64,000 nt of DNA from Haplodiscus bocki (Eukaryota), in contig OZ296656.1 in NCBI GenBank assembly GCA_965655095.1, positions 82,894,001-82,958,000 of the forward strand, read 5' to 3'. Both the position numbers and the translations under genes were made by a program. Numbering within the stretch: position 1 is the first letter of the stretch; each line of letters starts with the position of its first letter. Under the pieces are notes generated by a model. That model saw nothing but the letters and a program-made list of their open reading frames with translations. It was not told the origin of the DNA and did no database searches. This document shows positions 25,293 through 40,000 of the stretch, one piece after another.

Positions 25293-25923
25293 TACTATTC
25301 AATGGTTATAAAAAAAAGAAAAACTTGAAAGGACTAGAAATGCTAAAAACAATGATAAGTCTAAAAAATTCATTTTATGATGACAAAGATGAACAATATA
25401 TTATGATAGAAGTCTATTTAAATCAATAGAAAGACAAAAAAAACATATTTTGGGATCATATTATAAGTTTTTACACAAAATCCACCGGCCAACTTTCATG
25501 TCTACTTTTTCAAGAATACGCGAGTGAGCATTCCTGGCAAAGTTGCGCTTCGATCTAGTCAACTTTTTCAAGCCTCAAGACGCAGACAGTTCCTCCATAT
25601 AGCTTTCATGGCAGTTTCACGACAGAGACAGGAGATACGTATTAAGGAGTGAACCCCAAACACTCCGGCGAAGATTTAACTGAAGTCAATGTCACTTTTT
25701 GCATATACCAATCAGATATCAGAGACATATACATATCAGCATATACATATCATATTCAGTCGGCCTAGTTGGTAGTGGTGAATTTTTTCAGTCTCGCCTA
25801 TATCGTAAAAGTGCGCGTGCAAAATTTTTATCAGTTGTATATTCATTAAAACTTAAAAGAATTTTAAAGGAAACTTTCATATGTTGTAGAAAACAAATAA
25901 GTCAAGTAAAATTTTTTTTCTGG

Positions 25924-26084
25924 TTTCTGTGTACATCCATTGATAATACCATTCACAATTTTTTATACAAAACTAATTTTTTTTTCTGTGTACCCCCATT
26001 GATATAGTATATATTTCCATTAATTTTATTACCTAATTTGTGCGGCGCGCGCGGCTGGTGTCATATGCTGTTTTTAATGTTACT
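25924..26084 (-). repeat. Right terminal inverted repeat of Polinton element 1
   Basis: Reverse complement reads AGTAACATTAAAAACAGCATATGACACCAGCCGCGCGCGCCGCAC...TATACTATATCAATGGGGGTACACAG...ATCAATGGATGTACACAGAAA. Confidence 0.85.
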
Positions 26085-29000
26085 CGCACACTTTACGGCG
26101 AAACACTATTTTTTCGGGAGAAACTTTGAGCCCTGCTTATCACATCTTTCCCCCGTTAACAAACAATTTCTTCTTTTTCATAACTTACGTCGATTAGTTT
26201 TATATCCACAAGACTGAAACTGCCTCACCTGAAAAATGCGATCAAAGTGAATCGATTTTTCTACATGTAAGATTTTTTCAGATGCATCTTAAAACATGAA
26301 AAACTCACAGATTTGTTGCCAGAACCTACTTGTATTTTACGGAAAAAGCCAATCTTTGACAAGTCCAGCAAAAAAAACTAGGATGGTATGAACGATACAG
26401 ACAAATTTTCACCGGAGAATGCTTTAAACGGAACGTATTGTAATAATTCAGAATGTCTCAGCTAACACACAAAATCAACCAAATATTTCGGTCAACCATC
26501 ACTAGGGTAACCAATTTCTACTAGGTGATGATAGATGAAGAGTTTTTAAGAAAAACTATGTTGAAGGAAAGTCCACGTAAAGTTTTTTACTACAGGTCGC
26601 AAAAAATACCTGAATTGAAACTGTTGACAGCACCTTAATACAGTTATGAATTTCACATTGCTGGCAACACCAGAATTGACGTCATGGATTAGTAAAAAAC
26701 AGAAACGCAAAGAGCTCAAAAACTTCAAAGCATCTCAAACACTTTAAACTGTTGGCTGTTTTTTTTCAGAAGATGAAACAAATGCCATCAGAGAATTAAC
26801 TTTTTGTAGCCATTCTGTTTTGCTTTCGAACTGAAACGGCAATGACATCAATCAGCCTGAAAAAAATTGTTGAGTCATCTGACGAGAGTTGTTATTTGAA
26901 AAACAACGGCTTTCCATAAAAAGTAAATTATCACCGGAGAGACTTATTTCGTTAAGGTTTCAGCTCTGAGAAATATCATTGCCCTAAGTGTTATTAAAAT
27001 GCAACGATTATTTCCCTGGAGACATTTTTCTATTTTTCTCGGAAACTGCATGCTTGTGGCACCAATTTTTTGACAAGACAATGAGGTGTGTCTTGGAAAA
27101 AAACATGAATTTAGACGACTATCGGCAGACAAAAAATTTCCTTTCCTGAAACTTTTAACTCTCGAAAAAAGCGAACGAAATGAAACTTCAACGCTTAACT
27201 CATAATTCACCTAAACAATTAGGAAGTCGCCCTATGTTTCTTGTCATGTGCAGTGTGTTTGTTGCCATAGAAAACGATGCGGGCAATAAACGTCGGAAAC
27301 ATTTTTCGACATAAAGATTAGCTCAAAGTTTTTGCATATGACATCAAAAACATTAAACGACTAGGTGACTAGGTGTCGGGAACAGTCCAAAGAAACGGTT
27401 ATCAATTTTTTCTGCAAGATATCTTGAATTATGCCAAAAAGTTATTCTCAACATAATTGTTGCAGTCGGAGACTGAAAAATCTGAGAAATTGAAAGTTTT
27501 TCATTTTTGGTTGAGTTGTATGATAGATGTTTCTAAACCTCAAGAAAGCCTTAGCATTTTCTCAAGATATGATATCATCGATGAGGTGCTTCATAGCGTC
27601 TTTTTGGACCTTATAACTATTCAAAACAGTGAAATTCACTTCTGTTCCTACCCTGACCTTCAGTGTGCCATTTCTCATGGCCACTTGGTGCTTGCGACCA
27701 CATATTTTGGCGTACCAAGTTTCTTAGCCAGTTTACATTTGCATTGGCTTTGAGCCCGAACCGAGATTAAAAATTTCAATTTGCTGCCCAATGGGACTTT
27801 TTTTGATGGTTATATCTCATGTCATAAATTTTGAATTTTTGGCCATTACTCGATTTTTTGTTTGTAATTTTCTTTTTTAGGAGCGTTAGTTACACCAGTT
27901 GTGCTTCAAGCATCTTCAGGGACACCTATATTGACAATTGTTGTAGTTTGATTTTGCAAAAAGTGTTAAGATTTCACATGTTTAATGTCAAACTTGACAA
28001 TTTACATACCTTTAAGGGCAGTTCCTGTCCTCGTCTTCCCTGTCAAATGTCAATTATGATCTCGGCCATTTTTTATGACTAAAATCCGTTTACTTGACTG
28101 CTCTTATGTTAACACCTCTCACCCTATATTTTTACATTGCTTGAAGATCACGTTTTCAGGCTGTTTGTTACGTTTATCCTATTATTGTGTTTATACATTT
28201 TGCCCTAATCTAAAAACCTTGTAAGTTTTTAGTTAATTTGGTTCCCATGGTAACCTCCCGCCCCATTATGTTTCAGAAATTTCAGTTTTCAATTTCATGA
28301 AAGGTTTTTCACGGGTTATACTGTTGTTAATGTCAGAATTTGCTATGTAAACATTGGATACTCTAGCATTATTGTGAAGTAAAATTTAACTGATCGAAGA
28401 ACAGTTGCTCTGAAATTCGATATTTTAATTAACAATTCCTTATGCTAGAGCATGCAGGCAAAGATACAGTCAGATAGAGATTTGAAACCAAAATTGCTGG
28501 AAGCTCAAAGACAGCAATAAGGTTGTGGAAAAGTTCTAATTTAAAAGTAGCCGGAGTTGGAGTTATTCCAACCAAGCAAGAAAAACAGTCCTTTCAAACC
28601 TATTGGACGGACCAAGGCCGGTGTAAAGTATAAGAACAGAGTGTTCTTGTACAGCCATTACAATAATTGAGTGATTTCTCATTTGGCTCAAAGTCCAAAA
28701 ATACAGGCAAAACGAGAATCGAGCTTGGCCCTCTAACATAGGATGAAGGTTGAAACATGAATTCTTGCGCTAAAGGTATCAAACATGTTTTGCATGAACT
28801 TTTAAAATTTTGTCTCGGAGTTAACAGATTTGACCTACTAGAGCAAAGTACTGGCCTCGAGAGTACCTCTTGCTAGTAAAAAGTTTCCGACTAGAAAATT
28901 CATTCCGCCAAACACCTGTATTTGAAACTTTTCGGTTTTTTCCGAAGAATAAAAGCTTAGAACGATGACGTTTTATCTGCAGAAAAACCGTCTCGGTACA

Positions 29001-29479
29001 TAACCTACGTACGGAGACATGAGGGCTCAACGTTAGTTTTACCGAAACGTGTCAAGGAATATGCTAAGCGAACGTGCACTCAATGAGCTTTGCGCTTAGG
29101 CTATGAACATAAGCAGGATGAAGCGAATCAATCCTTTTCGAAGTTTTCAAACAGGGCTGACATAAGATTCCAAAGGGACATCTTGAAAACATAATGTTGA
29201 AACGCTTGTTGCAATATTTTAAACGTCTCGACTCCAAAATGATCCGAACGCTTACTCATCATCTGATTGTATCAGTTTTTTCTACTTGACCTTGCAACAG
29301 CTAATGAAAAATCTGGGACAAAACTTTGAGAGTATTTGAAAGAAACAATCAAAAAAATAATCAAGGGGCGATAGGTTTGCCGATGGCTTAAATAACAAGG
29401 CGACCGGCTACCACCAGCATTTTTTCCGCCTTCCCCTTCTGGTAAAGCTGCTTTTTTAAAAGATGAAAGCGTAATTTTT

Positions 29480-29935
29480 TTCAAAATACGGTTTCTCCAT
29501 CACATTTTTTTATTTTCCAACTTTGAAAATAATTTAATTTTTCGCCGGAAAAACCTCAGAATTAAGGTGGATAAAATGTTTTTTTTTTGCGAAAAAACTT
29601 CATTTGATACGCATTCTAGAAACAATTTGCCATATTTAGCGATTTTGAAAAAAATTCAAGGTTCTTTTTCGAAAAAAATATCGATTTTTTCAAAAAAAAA
29701 CATATTTCCTTCGTTTTGAGAAATTTTACTATTTCAGCCGCATTCTACGGCAATTTGGTGAAGTTTTTTTGCTACAATTATATGAAAAAAGTTCACGTTC
29801 AGAAACGTGAACGAGCATCGTGAACGCAATTGGCAAACATCGGGTAAAAAAAACCGTTCCATTAGAGAAGAAGGTTTTTCTTCCATAATTAAAAAATATG
29901 GCGGAAAATAATAAAAAATATGGCGGAAAATAAAA
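29480..29935 (-). repeat. Copy of a dispersed AT-rich repeat family (other copies about 5400-5700, 34440-34720, 53960-54290)
   Basis: Shared motifs AAATTTGCYGTAGAATGC.., ACGCAATTGGCA and TATGGYGGAAAATAA recur at these loci. Confidence 0.6.
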
Positions 29936-32900
29936 ATCAATTATTTTTTACGTAAAAAGCCACTTCCCGCGAAATTTTTACTTGCCCAACGGTAGTAAAT
30001 CGTAATTGAAAACGCTTGTAGGTTTAGAAGGCTGGAAGATACAGCTATTGATTGATACTCTTCTGAAAAATTTTGAGATTTATGGTTTGAATATTGATTT
30101 TTCAGATAAATTTTGGCCGGAAGAAACGGCGGCAAACAAAACGTCGTATGTAGTTTTTTGAAGCATCTACCTCAGTACCACAGCCATATGGAAGCTTTGA
30201 AGTACTGAGGCGGCGAAGTAATGGGCTCCAAATCAATTTTTCTTAATTTTTCCCTTGAAAAATTAACGGAACGTTGCTGTACTATCTACGATATACAAAC
30301 CAACAGAAGAATGAAGGCCAAATTTTTCCTAAAGATGTCTTGATGTCTGTGGAAAAACAAAGCGTCCACATACAGGCATTCTCCCTTCAATCGAAATTGT
30401 ATTGATTAAATCAAGAACATCATAACAGTACGTGTTTTGGTTCAACGCTGTTTTGGAATTAGACCACTTGTGTTTTTCAACAATTTTCGTTGGACTTATT
30501 TTTAGTCAGCACCTGGATATTATTACCAAGAAACTTGACAATTAAACTATCACTGAGGAACTAACACTGTATATGAAGTTCCTTCTATCAACAAATATGC
30601 CTCACACCTGATTCCTTATACTTTACTGCTGGCAAAAACACTTGACTAAATGTATGATAGACGCTCCAATAGAATAAAAACCACCAAAAATATTTCCTAA
30701 GCGGAGAACTAAAGCGTCAATCACTATCACTCATTTTTTTTCGTGGTAAATTAACTTTCTTGAAGAAAAAGATGTTTCAAAAGGTTTTGAAATAAAGGCA
30801 GTCTTAGAGTTTTCTAGGTGGCATATATTGAACCAAAGGTTCGCTCTATGAAGTTTTGAATTTTTTCAGACAAAAGGTTACCAAAGAAAAATGTGAGTAT
30901 AACAAATTTTGTCGAAAAAGCCAACATTTTTCGAAAACGCCTCGGTGGATATTTGGATCCTTACGGTTTGAGCCGTCCTATTGTTACAAACTTTGAAAGA
31001 ACAAGCGACAGAAACTCAAATCTGCACTGGCCGTATGACTCAGCATGTGAAGGAAAACCATTAAAAGTATTTAAAACCTTTCTCAAAAAAACTAGTGTCG
31101 GAAAAATTGGTGTCGAAAAATGCACTAGCTACCGGAAAGGTTAAAGGTAAACACATTTTTCAAAAAACCTAACACAAGTTATAGACGCTATTTGGAAAAG
31201 GGTCTGCCAGGATTACATCGCTCTTGCACATCGCACTCAAATTGAGCAGAATGGCTCTGGATTATTAATGTTTATCGGTTGTAATGGCCGCCTGGCAACC
31301 CTGACTTCAATCAGACATGGTATGAATTTGAAAGTTGCGTGACACAATAGCAGGTGAAATGGGAAAGCTTGCTTAATTTTATCTCAGAAGTTATTGATAA
31401 AATAGATACATCAAAAATTCAGAATTTCTATGAATCAATGCCCTCAAGGAATGAGAAAATGCATAAAAACAATGCATATTTCCTGAACTATTAAATTACC
31501 ACTGTTTTACATGCAGTGTATTGTTTCTATACACTTACTTTTTTAAAAAATCAAAAAATTTTGCGTCAAGACTGGTACTTAGTGTATTCTCTATTCGCAT
31601 ATGTTTCATACAATGAGAGGCGGGATCATTATCACGAAATTTTTTAAGTTGCAAAAGCTTTTCGCTATGGGCAAAGGAGTATCACCAAAAACTTTCGGTG
31701 GCTACTTTTAAAAAATAGAATATTTGAATGTCATGTATTACATTTCCACGCTTTGGACCGTTCCATGCAGTAGAAGGCAGAGCGGTCCTATACTAGATTG
31801 TAAAAGCCTTGTAGAATTTCATCCACTACAGAGGTCTTAAGAAAGTAAAAGCCACTTTTCTAGACCAGCACTTTTTCTGTTGAAACGCGTCGACTAAAAA
31901 CAACTCGAGAACGAGAACGGTCAGCGTTACCGTTTAAGCTTGAAGCAGTGATAAAGTTGATCGGTATTTTGAAAACATTTCCTTCGTTAACGATTGTGAT
32001 TTCACAATTGTGAAATGCTTGATATACTGAACTGTTGTCATAAAAATTTTGACTCAGAGTGCCCAGCATTTTCATAGTGGTAATAATTTTGCACTAATCT
32101 TAACCGAGGAAACTCGGTACTCGGTGGCTCACAATCTTTAGTATACGTGACTGAGACTGTTTCACAAGCATTTTTGGTGTAAGTCTTTTTTCACCACGAC
32201 AGTATATGAAAAACGGACATCAATTTTTTTCTGCTTCAAAATTTTTGAAAAAATATTGGAGCTCCCGTGCGTCTCTATTAGAAAGTTGATGCGTTTTTCC
32301 TTGTTTCTACCAGTGTTGTAAAAAATGATCTCGTATCCAGCTCAAAGATTGTTGTTCGAGCTATTGTCTTCGCAGCTCACAATTTCTCCCGCCTTATTTA
32401 CCAACGACAGAAATTTTGCGAGCTTCAAGTTTTGAACATTTATTGGGTTTTCTGGTGACATAGTATTAGAATGGAGCGAGAAACGTTAACGTTTTTTGTC
32501 GTTTTTTCCCAGCTACTGATTTTGTATTGAAAAAAAGAACAAAATTGAAGTCGGCAACGAGCATTACGTCATAAGACAAAACAGAACCACCAAACGGAAC
32601 GCAAACGTGTTCTAGAGAAAATCCAGGCTCGAAATTAGTTGATGTCGATTTATCAAGTTTATAAACAAGATGTCGGAACTTCTTCGTAATTTCAGAGTTG
32701 CGGTTTTCAATCGCCAAAGCAGACACGTCGATTGCAAAGGTTAATGTGAAGGGGCAGATTTCAAAAACTCAAAAAAGAGCGCGATTGTAATAGATATTGG
32801 GATAGTGAATTGGGTCTCCGTTTTCCCCACAGCATATATTGCTCAATGACAATCCGGAGAGGAAAAAGTTCAATTTATAAACGAAATTTGAACAATCGAG

Positions 32901-33348
32901 GAAGTAAATTGCAAATGGCAATTTCTTTAACGAAAGGTTCGACGTTTTTGCCTTGATATTCGTAATTCAAAAGTTAGTTCAAATGAACTTTAGCATTGTC
33001 AAAAATTTCTGAGGTGGAAGATGCAAACGCTAGAAGTTGTCCCCTGAAGTGTGATCTCAGAAAAAATCTGCTGCAAAGTCCCAAATGACTCACAGATATG
33101 ACATAATAAATCTTGTCGACAATCAATTTTTTTAATATTTCCTCTAAAAAATGCGGTTTTTTCTAATTTCCATTTTCAAGTTGCTGGATGCTAGATGCAA
33201 AATTTGAATACTAGGGATCTTTTTTGATTTCAATGAGCATTTTCGGTAAACTAAAGCCATAATAACTACATTATCATAAGTTACGAGAGTCACCCGTTGC
33301 AAAACATGGATTTTAATAAATGTACCACCGATTAATTATGGGATATCT

Positions 33349-34019
33349 ACAATAGTGTTAAAAATCAACGCATCAAAGCACAAATTTCAAATTCGAATAT
33401 CACCAAAACTACTAGGATTTTCAACAAATGCCCTTCGTAAAAATTTCTTAGAATTTTAACTAGTTTACAATCGTTTTTGTTTGAAACGTATACGGTGAAA
33501 ATTCCAAAAGTTGCTAATTGCCATTTTGGAACAATTTTGGCTCAAATTGGGCATTTTTTTTTCATTTTTGATCCACTTAAACAAATGTTTTCTGGCAAAT
33601 TTTACATTCAAGACATTACCTTGAATATCTTGAAGCAACTGAAATGTTTTGAATCGAAAGTTTACTTGAAATAGTAAAAAAACGAGATGCCAAAATAGCT
33701 CTCTTTGAATTCACATGTTTCAACATAAGGTTTTGAAATTTGCAAATTTTAAAAACTCCATTTTTGGAAATTTTTTGAAAAAAACATTGCTATTAAAAGG
33801 TATCAGTGACTTCAAGAAGTTCAGGGGATTCTTTTTGGGGGAAAACTTTTGCGAAAAGAATTGTATGATACATTCAAAATTAGGCAAAGCTACAAAATCA
33901 ATAGAAATTATCTCAACTGGACCAATAGTATTTGCGTTTTTAATTTTAATTAGCCTATGATATTTCTCAATTTATGTCTATTTTGAGTTCTTTGATGCGT
34001 TTGTTTTCAACACTACTGT
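33349..34019. mobile_element. Foldback/MITE-like segment with 30-bp inverted repeats
   Basis: ACAATAGTGTTAAAAATCAACGCATCAAAG versus the right arm's reverse complement ACAGTAGTGTTGAAAACAAACGCATCAAAG (26/30). Confidence 0.55.
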
Positions 34020-37000
34020 TTAATTCATCCATGAGTTTCCATGTTTCAATTTGTACATTCAAGCGAAATCGATAATCTTGGATGATTTTCCGTGAACTGT
34101 CATGAGTGGTCAGCCTGGGGCCAACGCGTTAACCGCTACAAAATTTTGGGACTGAGAGACAATTTGCTTCTCGCAAAAAATTGAAGAAATGCAAATAGAT
34201 CGATTGACAGCGCTGCATTGAAACGTTTTTGCCATTTTTTCTATTGATTCGTGTGATATTTCGAAGTAATCTTTTGTATTGGATTTATTTGATTTTAGTT
34301 GTTATTTTCCACCCACATTTAAATATGGAACGAAAATTAACCACTGAACGCGAATGTTTTTACTTCTACTTGCCAATTCAAAATTTTCGAGTCCGAATGT
34401 CAGTGTCCGGCACGACAAAATGACGATTCTGAATTTGAAAGTTTTCATTACCAATTTATGGCAGATTTGCCGTAAAATGCAACTGAAATAGTAATATTTT
34501 CCAAAATGTACGAAATTGGTTTTTTGGATTATTTTTTTTAAAGTCGGTAAAAGTGACTAATTTTCTCTAGAATTAGTACAAAATGATATCATTTCTCAAA
34601 AATGTCTTTTTTTCCAACTAAAATAGTTTTTTGCACGAAAAAAAAAAAGATTTTTTTTAATTTGGAAAAATTAGAAAATTTGCTGAAAAAAGAGTTTTTA
34701 AAAAAACCCTGTTAACCTTCAAAAAAGCATCACTGTAAAAATTGGAGGGTGGAAAATTTGCGGGTGGTAGCCGGCTGTCTTGTTTTTTATTGTATTTGAA
34801 TTGTAACTGAATAACTTGAAAATAAAATAAATTGGCTTCTCCGAATTGAAACGGTACAGCAATTCAGTTGCTTTCAGCAAAAATGAAAGTATCCAAATGT
34901 ACTCACCTATACACAATCCGAAATTATCGATTTCCATCGGGATGATTTGAAAAGATCGGTTGACAGTTAATTAGGAAATTTGTTTCTCCAATTTGTTCCA
35001 AAAGATATCTCGCTCTAAAATCCAAGAGTTACCCAAAGTTTTCAATCGAGAGAATGGAAACACGTGAAGGCATGAACCAAGATGCACAGGGATGTTTTTT
35101 TCCTTACTCGGTAGTACTACGCTCCGTTAGTTCTAAGACTCGAATAATTTTTTGTAATAACCATTGTTTCTAACAACTGTTTGGTGATTTTGGACTCAAT
35201 TGATCCAAAAGGTTCTGGACCACATTATGTCTTCCATTAATTTCTTGGCGGTTGCTGAAAGACTTGTGAACTGATTTTATGGGAAGTTTTCACGCCTCTC
35301 GAATTTCCTTTTGATCCACTTCGTGAAATTGTCGCTTTGTATAGTTTCACTTTCGGTAAACTTTCCCATAAATGATTTATCAGATTTGGTCACCAATATC
35401 TATCTCAAACTAATGTAATACAAACAAAATAATAAACAGTACTACTCTGGCAAACTCGAGGAATTTCAGAATGAAAGAATAAATTAAGAAAAGGTCTCGG
35501 AAGATCAGAAAGAGCCCGCTCGGGCAAAATTGACCTGAAGGTGGTCGAGTGTTTTTGTGACCTAATTGAAAGATAATTTCGCTTTTGTGAAAAGAAACGG
35601 AGCGATTAATGTATATTCAATGTATGCATTTACCCTTGATTAATCATTCAATTAACAAACATCAGACAGCCAATCTTTCTTACATAAACAAAATTCTTAT
35701 TCCGAAAATTATAGAACTTTATTATAGCCAAAAAAATTGGATGAAAAAAATGAACGATAGAGTTAATGTGACCTCTGATTTTCTTGTTTGCATTCTCAGG
35801 AAAATCAGTGTCACTAAAAATGCGAATATGTGGTACTAAAAACTCTGACTACCTGAAATATTTCCCTAGCTGACGATGCAGTAAAACTTCCATCACCATG
35901 TACGTTTTCAAGCAAACTTTCCAAGAATTTCCTTGATTCAGATAAAAAGTTACAGCATGTACTTTATCTGATACTCTGAAAGATGTCTTCAGGTTTAGGA
36001 ATAGAATTACCTGGTACTCAAGTCGTTGAGTAGTTCAATTCAGGAAGACGATCATCTGAAGCATGATCCTCAGAAAGTTCCTGTGTTTCACTTGGCCACT
36101 CCGGAAAATTCCTGGAAGATTTTATGTGTGAATTTGTTCTTGCGATTTTGTGAAAAAATTTGTCTAACTCTGACAGTGTGCCCTAACCAAGTTCCCATTA
36201 TCTGTTCTATCGAATTCTTGAGATTTTCTTTATTACTCGACCCAAAACGTCCCCAGAGCCCGGATGTTCTTCTAGGTTTTCTCTGCTTATGGCAGCTAAG
36301 TCGGTCTTGTTTTTGAGTGTTGCCATTTTTGGAGAGAAAAAAACAAATTTTACAACTAAACAATCTCAAGTTGAATGTAACAGCTGCTCAACGTTTAAAC
36401 AACGAATTTGACCGTTACGCCGGTCTTTATTGGTTCCTCCAAATTTCTACTAACAAAGCAGGGTAGAGTTCTAGTTTTCAAAGGTAAGTCTTTTCCAGGT
36501 GATTTCAAATAGTTCTACCAGTCAGCTTTTCATATCCTTGAGAATTTTATTCTTAATTACAAAGAAAGAATTTTCATCAAAAAGAATGAAACATACCATT
36601 GCTGCCCGTCATTAAAACCTCCTAGTAACGAGTAGTTACATTAGAAACAGATGGACACAATGTGATCAACAGTTTTCAAGAAAAGACATTTAATGAAAGA
36701 GGAAGTTCAACTTACTTCTGATTTTTTATTTTGAAGTCGAAATTTATCTCAATAAAAGGCACCGTGAAATCGCGAAAGTTTTATGTGCATTCAAAACAAC
36801 CCATTACTCTCGGAGAAAACTTTGCTGAAAAGTGAATTTTTAGAAATTCATTGAAATAACTCAATAAATCTTGCAAAAGAACACAAAATAAACAAAACTT
36901 TGAGATGCCTATAATCAAATTTAGTTCGGAAGATCAGATGTTTGACGCCGTCCGACCAAAAAGTTCTATGAGAGACGTTTTTGACTAATGACGCAAGTAA

Positions 37001-40000
37001 AAACATCTCTAAGTTTCAAATGGACGTTTTTATTTTCCGCTGTGAAAGACAAGAACAGACCATCCCTGCTAGTAAACTGACTTTCTGGGCACAAAATAAT
37101 TGAATATTGAACGAAGCGCAAGATCCTTCCAATCTAATCAAAAGCCCTTGAAAAGGAAACATTTGTTTAAAAGGGCACCAATTAATGGCATTGATTTCCC
37201 AAATAAACTTCAAATATTTCGCAAATGTGTAAGAAAAGACACTTGGCGGCAAAAGTGTAAGAGACAGTTCACCAGCCACTGCGCAGATCCACTAAGTTTC
37301 AAGCATCCGAATCACCACTGATACGCAAACCAATTCCTAGTCTTCGAGAAAAACACCTGTGGAAGACATATACGAAAATTCATTAGCTTATGAGAAAAAA
37401 ATTCATAAAAAGGCATAGCTTGAAAAAGTTAAATACACAGTTTTTTTTGCGCTATCTGCGGAATAGCCACGCTGAAAGGCTAAAAAATAGACATGTCGAC
37501 ACATTCCAATTGGAAAACAGTACCTGAAAATCATTTATTGGAAATTTGTCAGAATCTGCAGTGTTGCTTTCACCAGAACCTGTAGAAAAAGAAACAGAAT
37601 TATGGGACTACGCGAGTTTTACACGTTACATTTTTAGTTAGTTTTCAAAAACTACACCAAGCAATGCGGCCTGAAGACGCGAGGATGATCGTTCATTTTT
37701 CACAGGGAAGATTGTTGTACAAGAATATGAACCTCGAATAGCAGTTACCGAGAATTAGCAGATACCTGATGCAACTGTAGCCAAAAGGCTCATTTGGAGA
37801 GCAAGCTAACAAACAGATCTAAAAAATAGCAAACTTCAGAAGTTTTTGGTTGACTTTAAAGCAGCAAGAAAACTTCTAATAGTTGTAAAAAGTCTCCAAA
37901 AACTCGCACTTTTTGTTTAATTTAGATAGATACTTTCTTTTTTGGAGAACAAATGAACAGGAAATTTGTAGTAAAAAATGAAGTCAGCTCTTTTCGCTTG
38001 CTAAAAAACGCTAAAATGACTTCTATATAGCAAAAAAATCATGCACAATTGCAAATCATGTCTTCCCATATTGGTGTTCAATGCACTTGTGGCTAAAAAG
38101 CAGAGTTGGAAAGCAAAATAGCGGAACCTCTCAACCACTGAACAAGATTTTTTTCATTCGTTTCACCATTTCAACTCTGAACAGCTCGTCAACCACAGAA
38201 TCGACTTTGATAAAGTTTCAACGCAATGTGTAAATAGTGGTCAATTGTTTGCGTTAAAATTTTCTTTTTGCTGTTTTTCTCCACTTCTGAGAAAACTACA
38301 ATATTTCGCTTTTCAATTTCTGAGCAGAGCAAGGTTTGCTCTAACATCCATAGATTTAAATCTTCCAGCTACGCTTACTTTCTACTCCATTCCGATAACA
38401 AAAAACTTGAAATGTAACTAGTGCATCAAACAAACAAGAATAACAGAACACAGTACTGTTCATACTTTGATCTAACCTCTACCCAGCACGTGAACATGAC
38501 CTCGAAAAAAAATTGAGTCCAAATGTTTTTATCGAAAAGTCATATTTACCGTCAGAACAATGTTTTATTCATATCATTCCGACAGCTGCAGAAACTGCTG
38601 AAAATTTTCAAAAAAGGATTGAACTTGTCTCAAGAAGATCATTTTTCTGAATTTTTGTTTTTGTAAAAAATAGATAAAACTCACTGCAAAATTGCAGTTG
38701 AAGCTGGAAATTTTGGCACACAAAGTTTTGAAATTTTGAAAGCGTTTCACAATGTGTGTCCAGGTTTCATCAAACCTACCCACCCCATAAGTTAGGGATA
38801 TTTTGAACCTCGAAAGTGTCGAACAATAAAAAGATAGCTTTTATTTGTCCTAGAGAACCCTTATGGCATTGAAGCCAAAAAGCAACAATAAACCCCAATA
38901 AAACCATCTGACAAGCTGTGTACTTGTAGTTTTTCTATATATTCTCAAGTAAACCCTTTTTTTACGTTGGAATTACTAAACTAACTCCACTGTTCAAAAG
39001 ATTATACTTGCTCAACAATTCCATTTCACCAAAGATTACCAGGTAAGTTTTGCACTCTGTAGCACCTGCGCATGAAATAAAAATTTTTCTCAAATACACA
39101 TCAATTTTTTGGAAAATGTGGAACGAAGCGTGCAAGTTTATGGCAATTTTTGGGCATTGCATCATCAGACTTAGAATATTTCTCTTCAAAATCACTGAAA
39201 AATTACTCTTTCTCAAAGGTTACACCCTCTTTGTTTTTGAAACCCTTTAACTTAACATCAAAATACCATGATTGTTGGCCTGGATGGAGCTTCTAGTAAC
39301 TTTAAAAGATTGACAGTCGAATTCTCACCAATTTCAATTGATTGAGAATAGGTGTGAAAACGATAGCCATCGACCTCTTTTCAAGTCAGACTGATGGACA
39401 GTCGATTAAAAGCGATTAGTGATGAATGTTTTCTCCTTAATTTTTACGCTCATGGAAGAACTCCCTGGAATTTCTCAGCTGGAAATTAGACCTCCAATTC
39501 AAAGGTAAAACTGAATGTTGGCCTCGACTTGGCCACAACAGCTGCGGAAATAGGATCTCCTAAAAGTTCGAAAGTTTGTTGGATGAACTGATTTTTTTAC
39601 ATGAAAAACCTTAAGCCCATTTTATCAGATTTGCTCAAAGACAACGTCAACGTTTGCGAATAATTCCGTTGCAATATGGGCGGCCACGCAGTACGTGGGC
39701 ATCAGACTGCTTTCACTAATGGATCGGATTTTTCTTGTATTACACTAGTAAACGCTGATAACCACCTAATTAGACCCTGAGCTAATCGTTTGTAGGCAAA
39801 CGTTCTTGAACCAAAATTATTGAAGAGTAAGTGAATTTGCGTGTTCACGTGAGTGGTGGCAAGACACAATTCCTACCATCTTCCAGCTCTGATTGACTCG
39901 TTAGCTGTAACCTTCATAATTTAATTGACGTGTGAAACGCAAAGTTGCGACTAGAGGGACAAAAGCAAGTAAAGTAGGCTTTTTGTGAGCAAGCTTCAGA

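Larger units (their letters stand above)
9856..26084 (+). mobile_element. Full-length decayed Polinton/Maverick (adintovirus-like) endogenous virus, element 1
   Basis: Left end AGTAGTGTAGTAAATAGCATTTGACACCAGCCGCCCGCGCTGCAC aligns ungapped (35/45) with the reverse complement of the right end. Flanks CACACA (9850-9855) and CGCACA (26085-26090) form a 6-bp TSD with one mismatch. The interior carries ATPase, penton, hexon, adenain, integrase and pPolB remnants. Confidence 0.93.

Noticed and set aside
9856-26084. Bacterial prophage, linear plasmid or contamination
   Set aside because: rve integrase, adenain, TIR plus 6-bp TSD and eukaryotic flanks identify a Polinton; pervasive stops show long genomic residence
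31136-31144. piggyBac-type AAGG|TTAA ends (also about 32737 and 46026)
   Set aside because: No convincing partner TIR was found for any of them
31999-32016. Perfect 18-bp palindrome ATTTCACAATTGTGAAAT
   Set aside because: Isolated and AT-rich, with no supporting context
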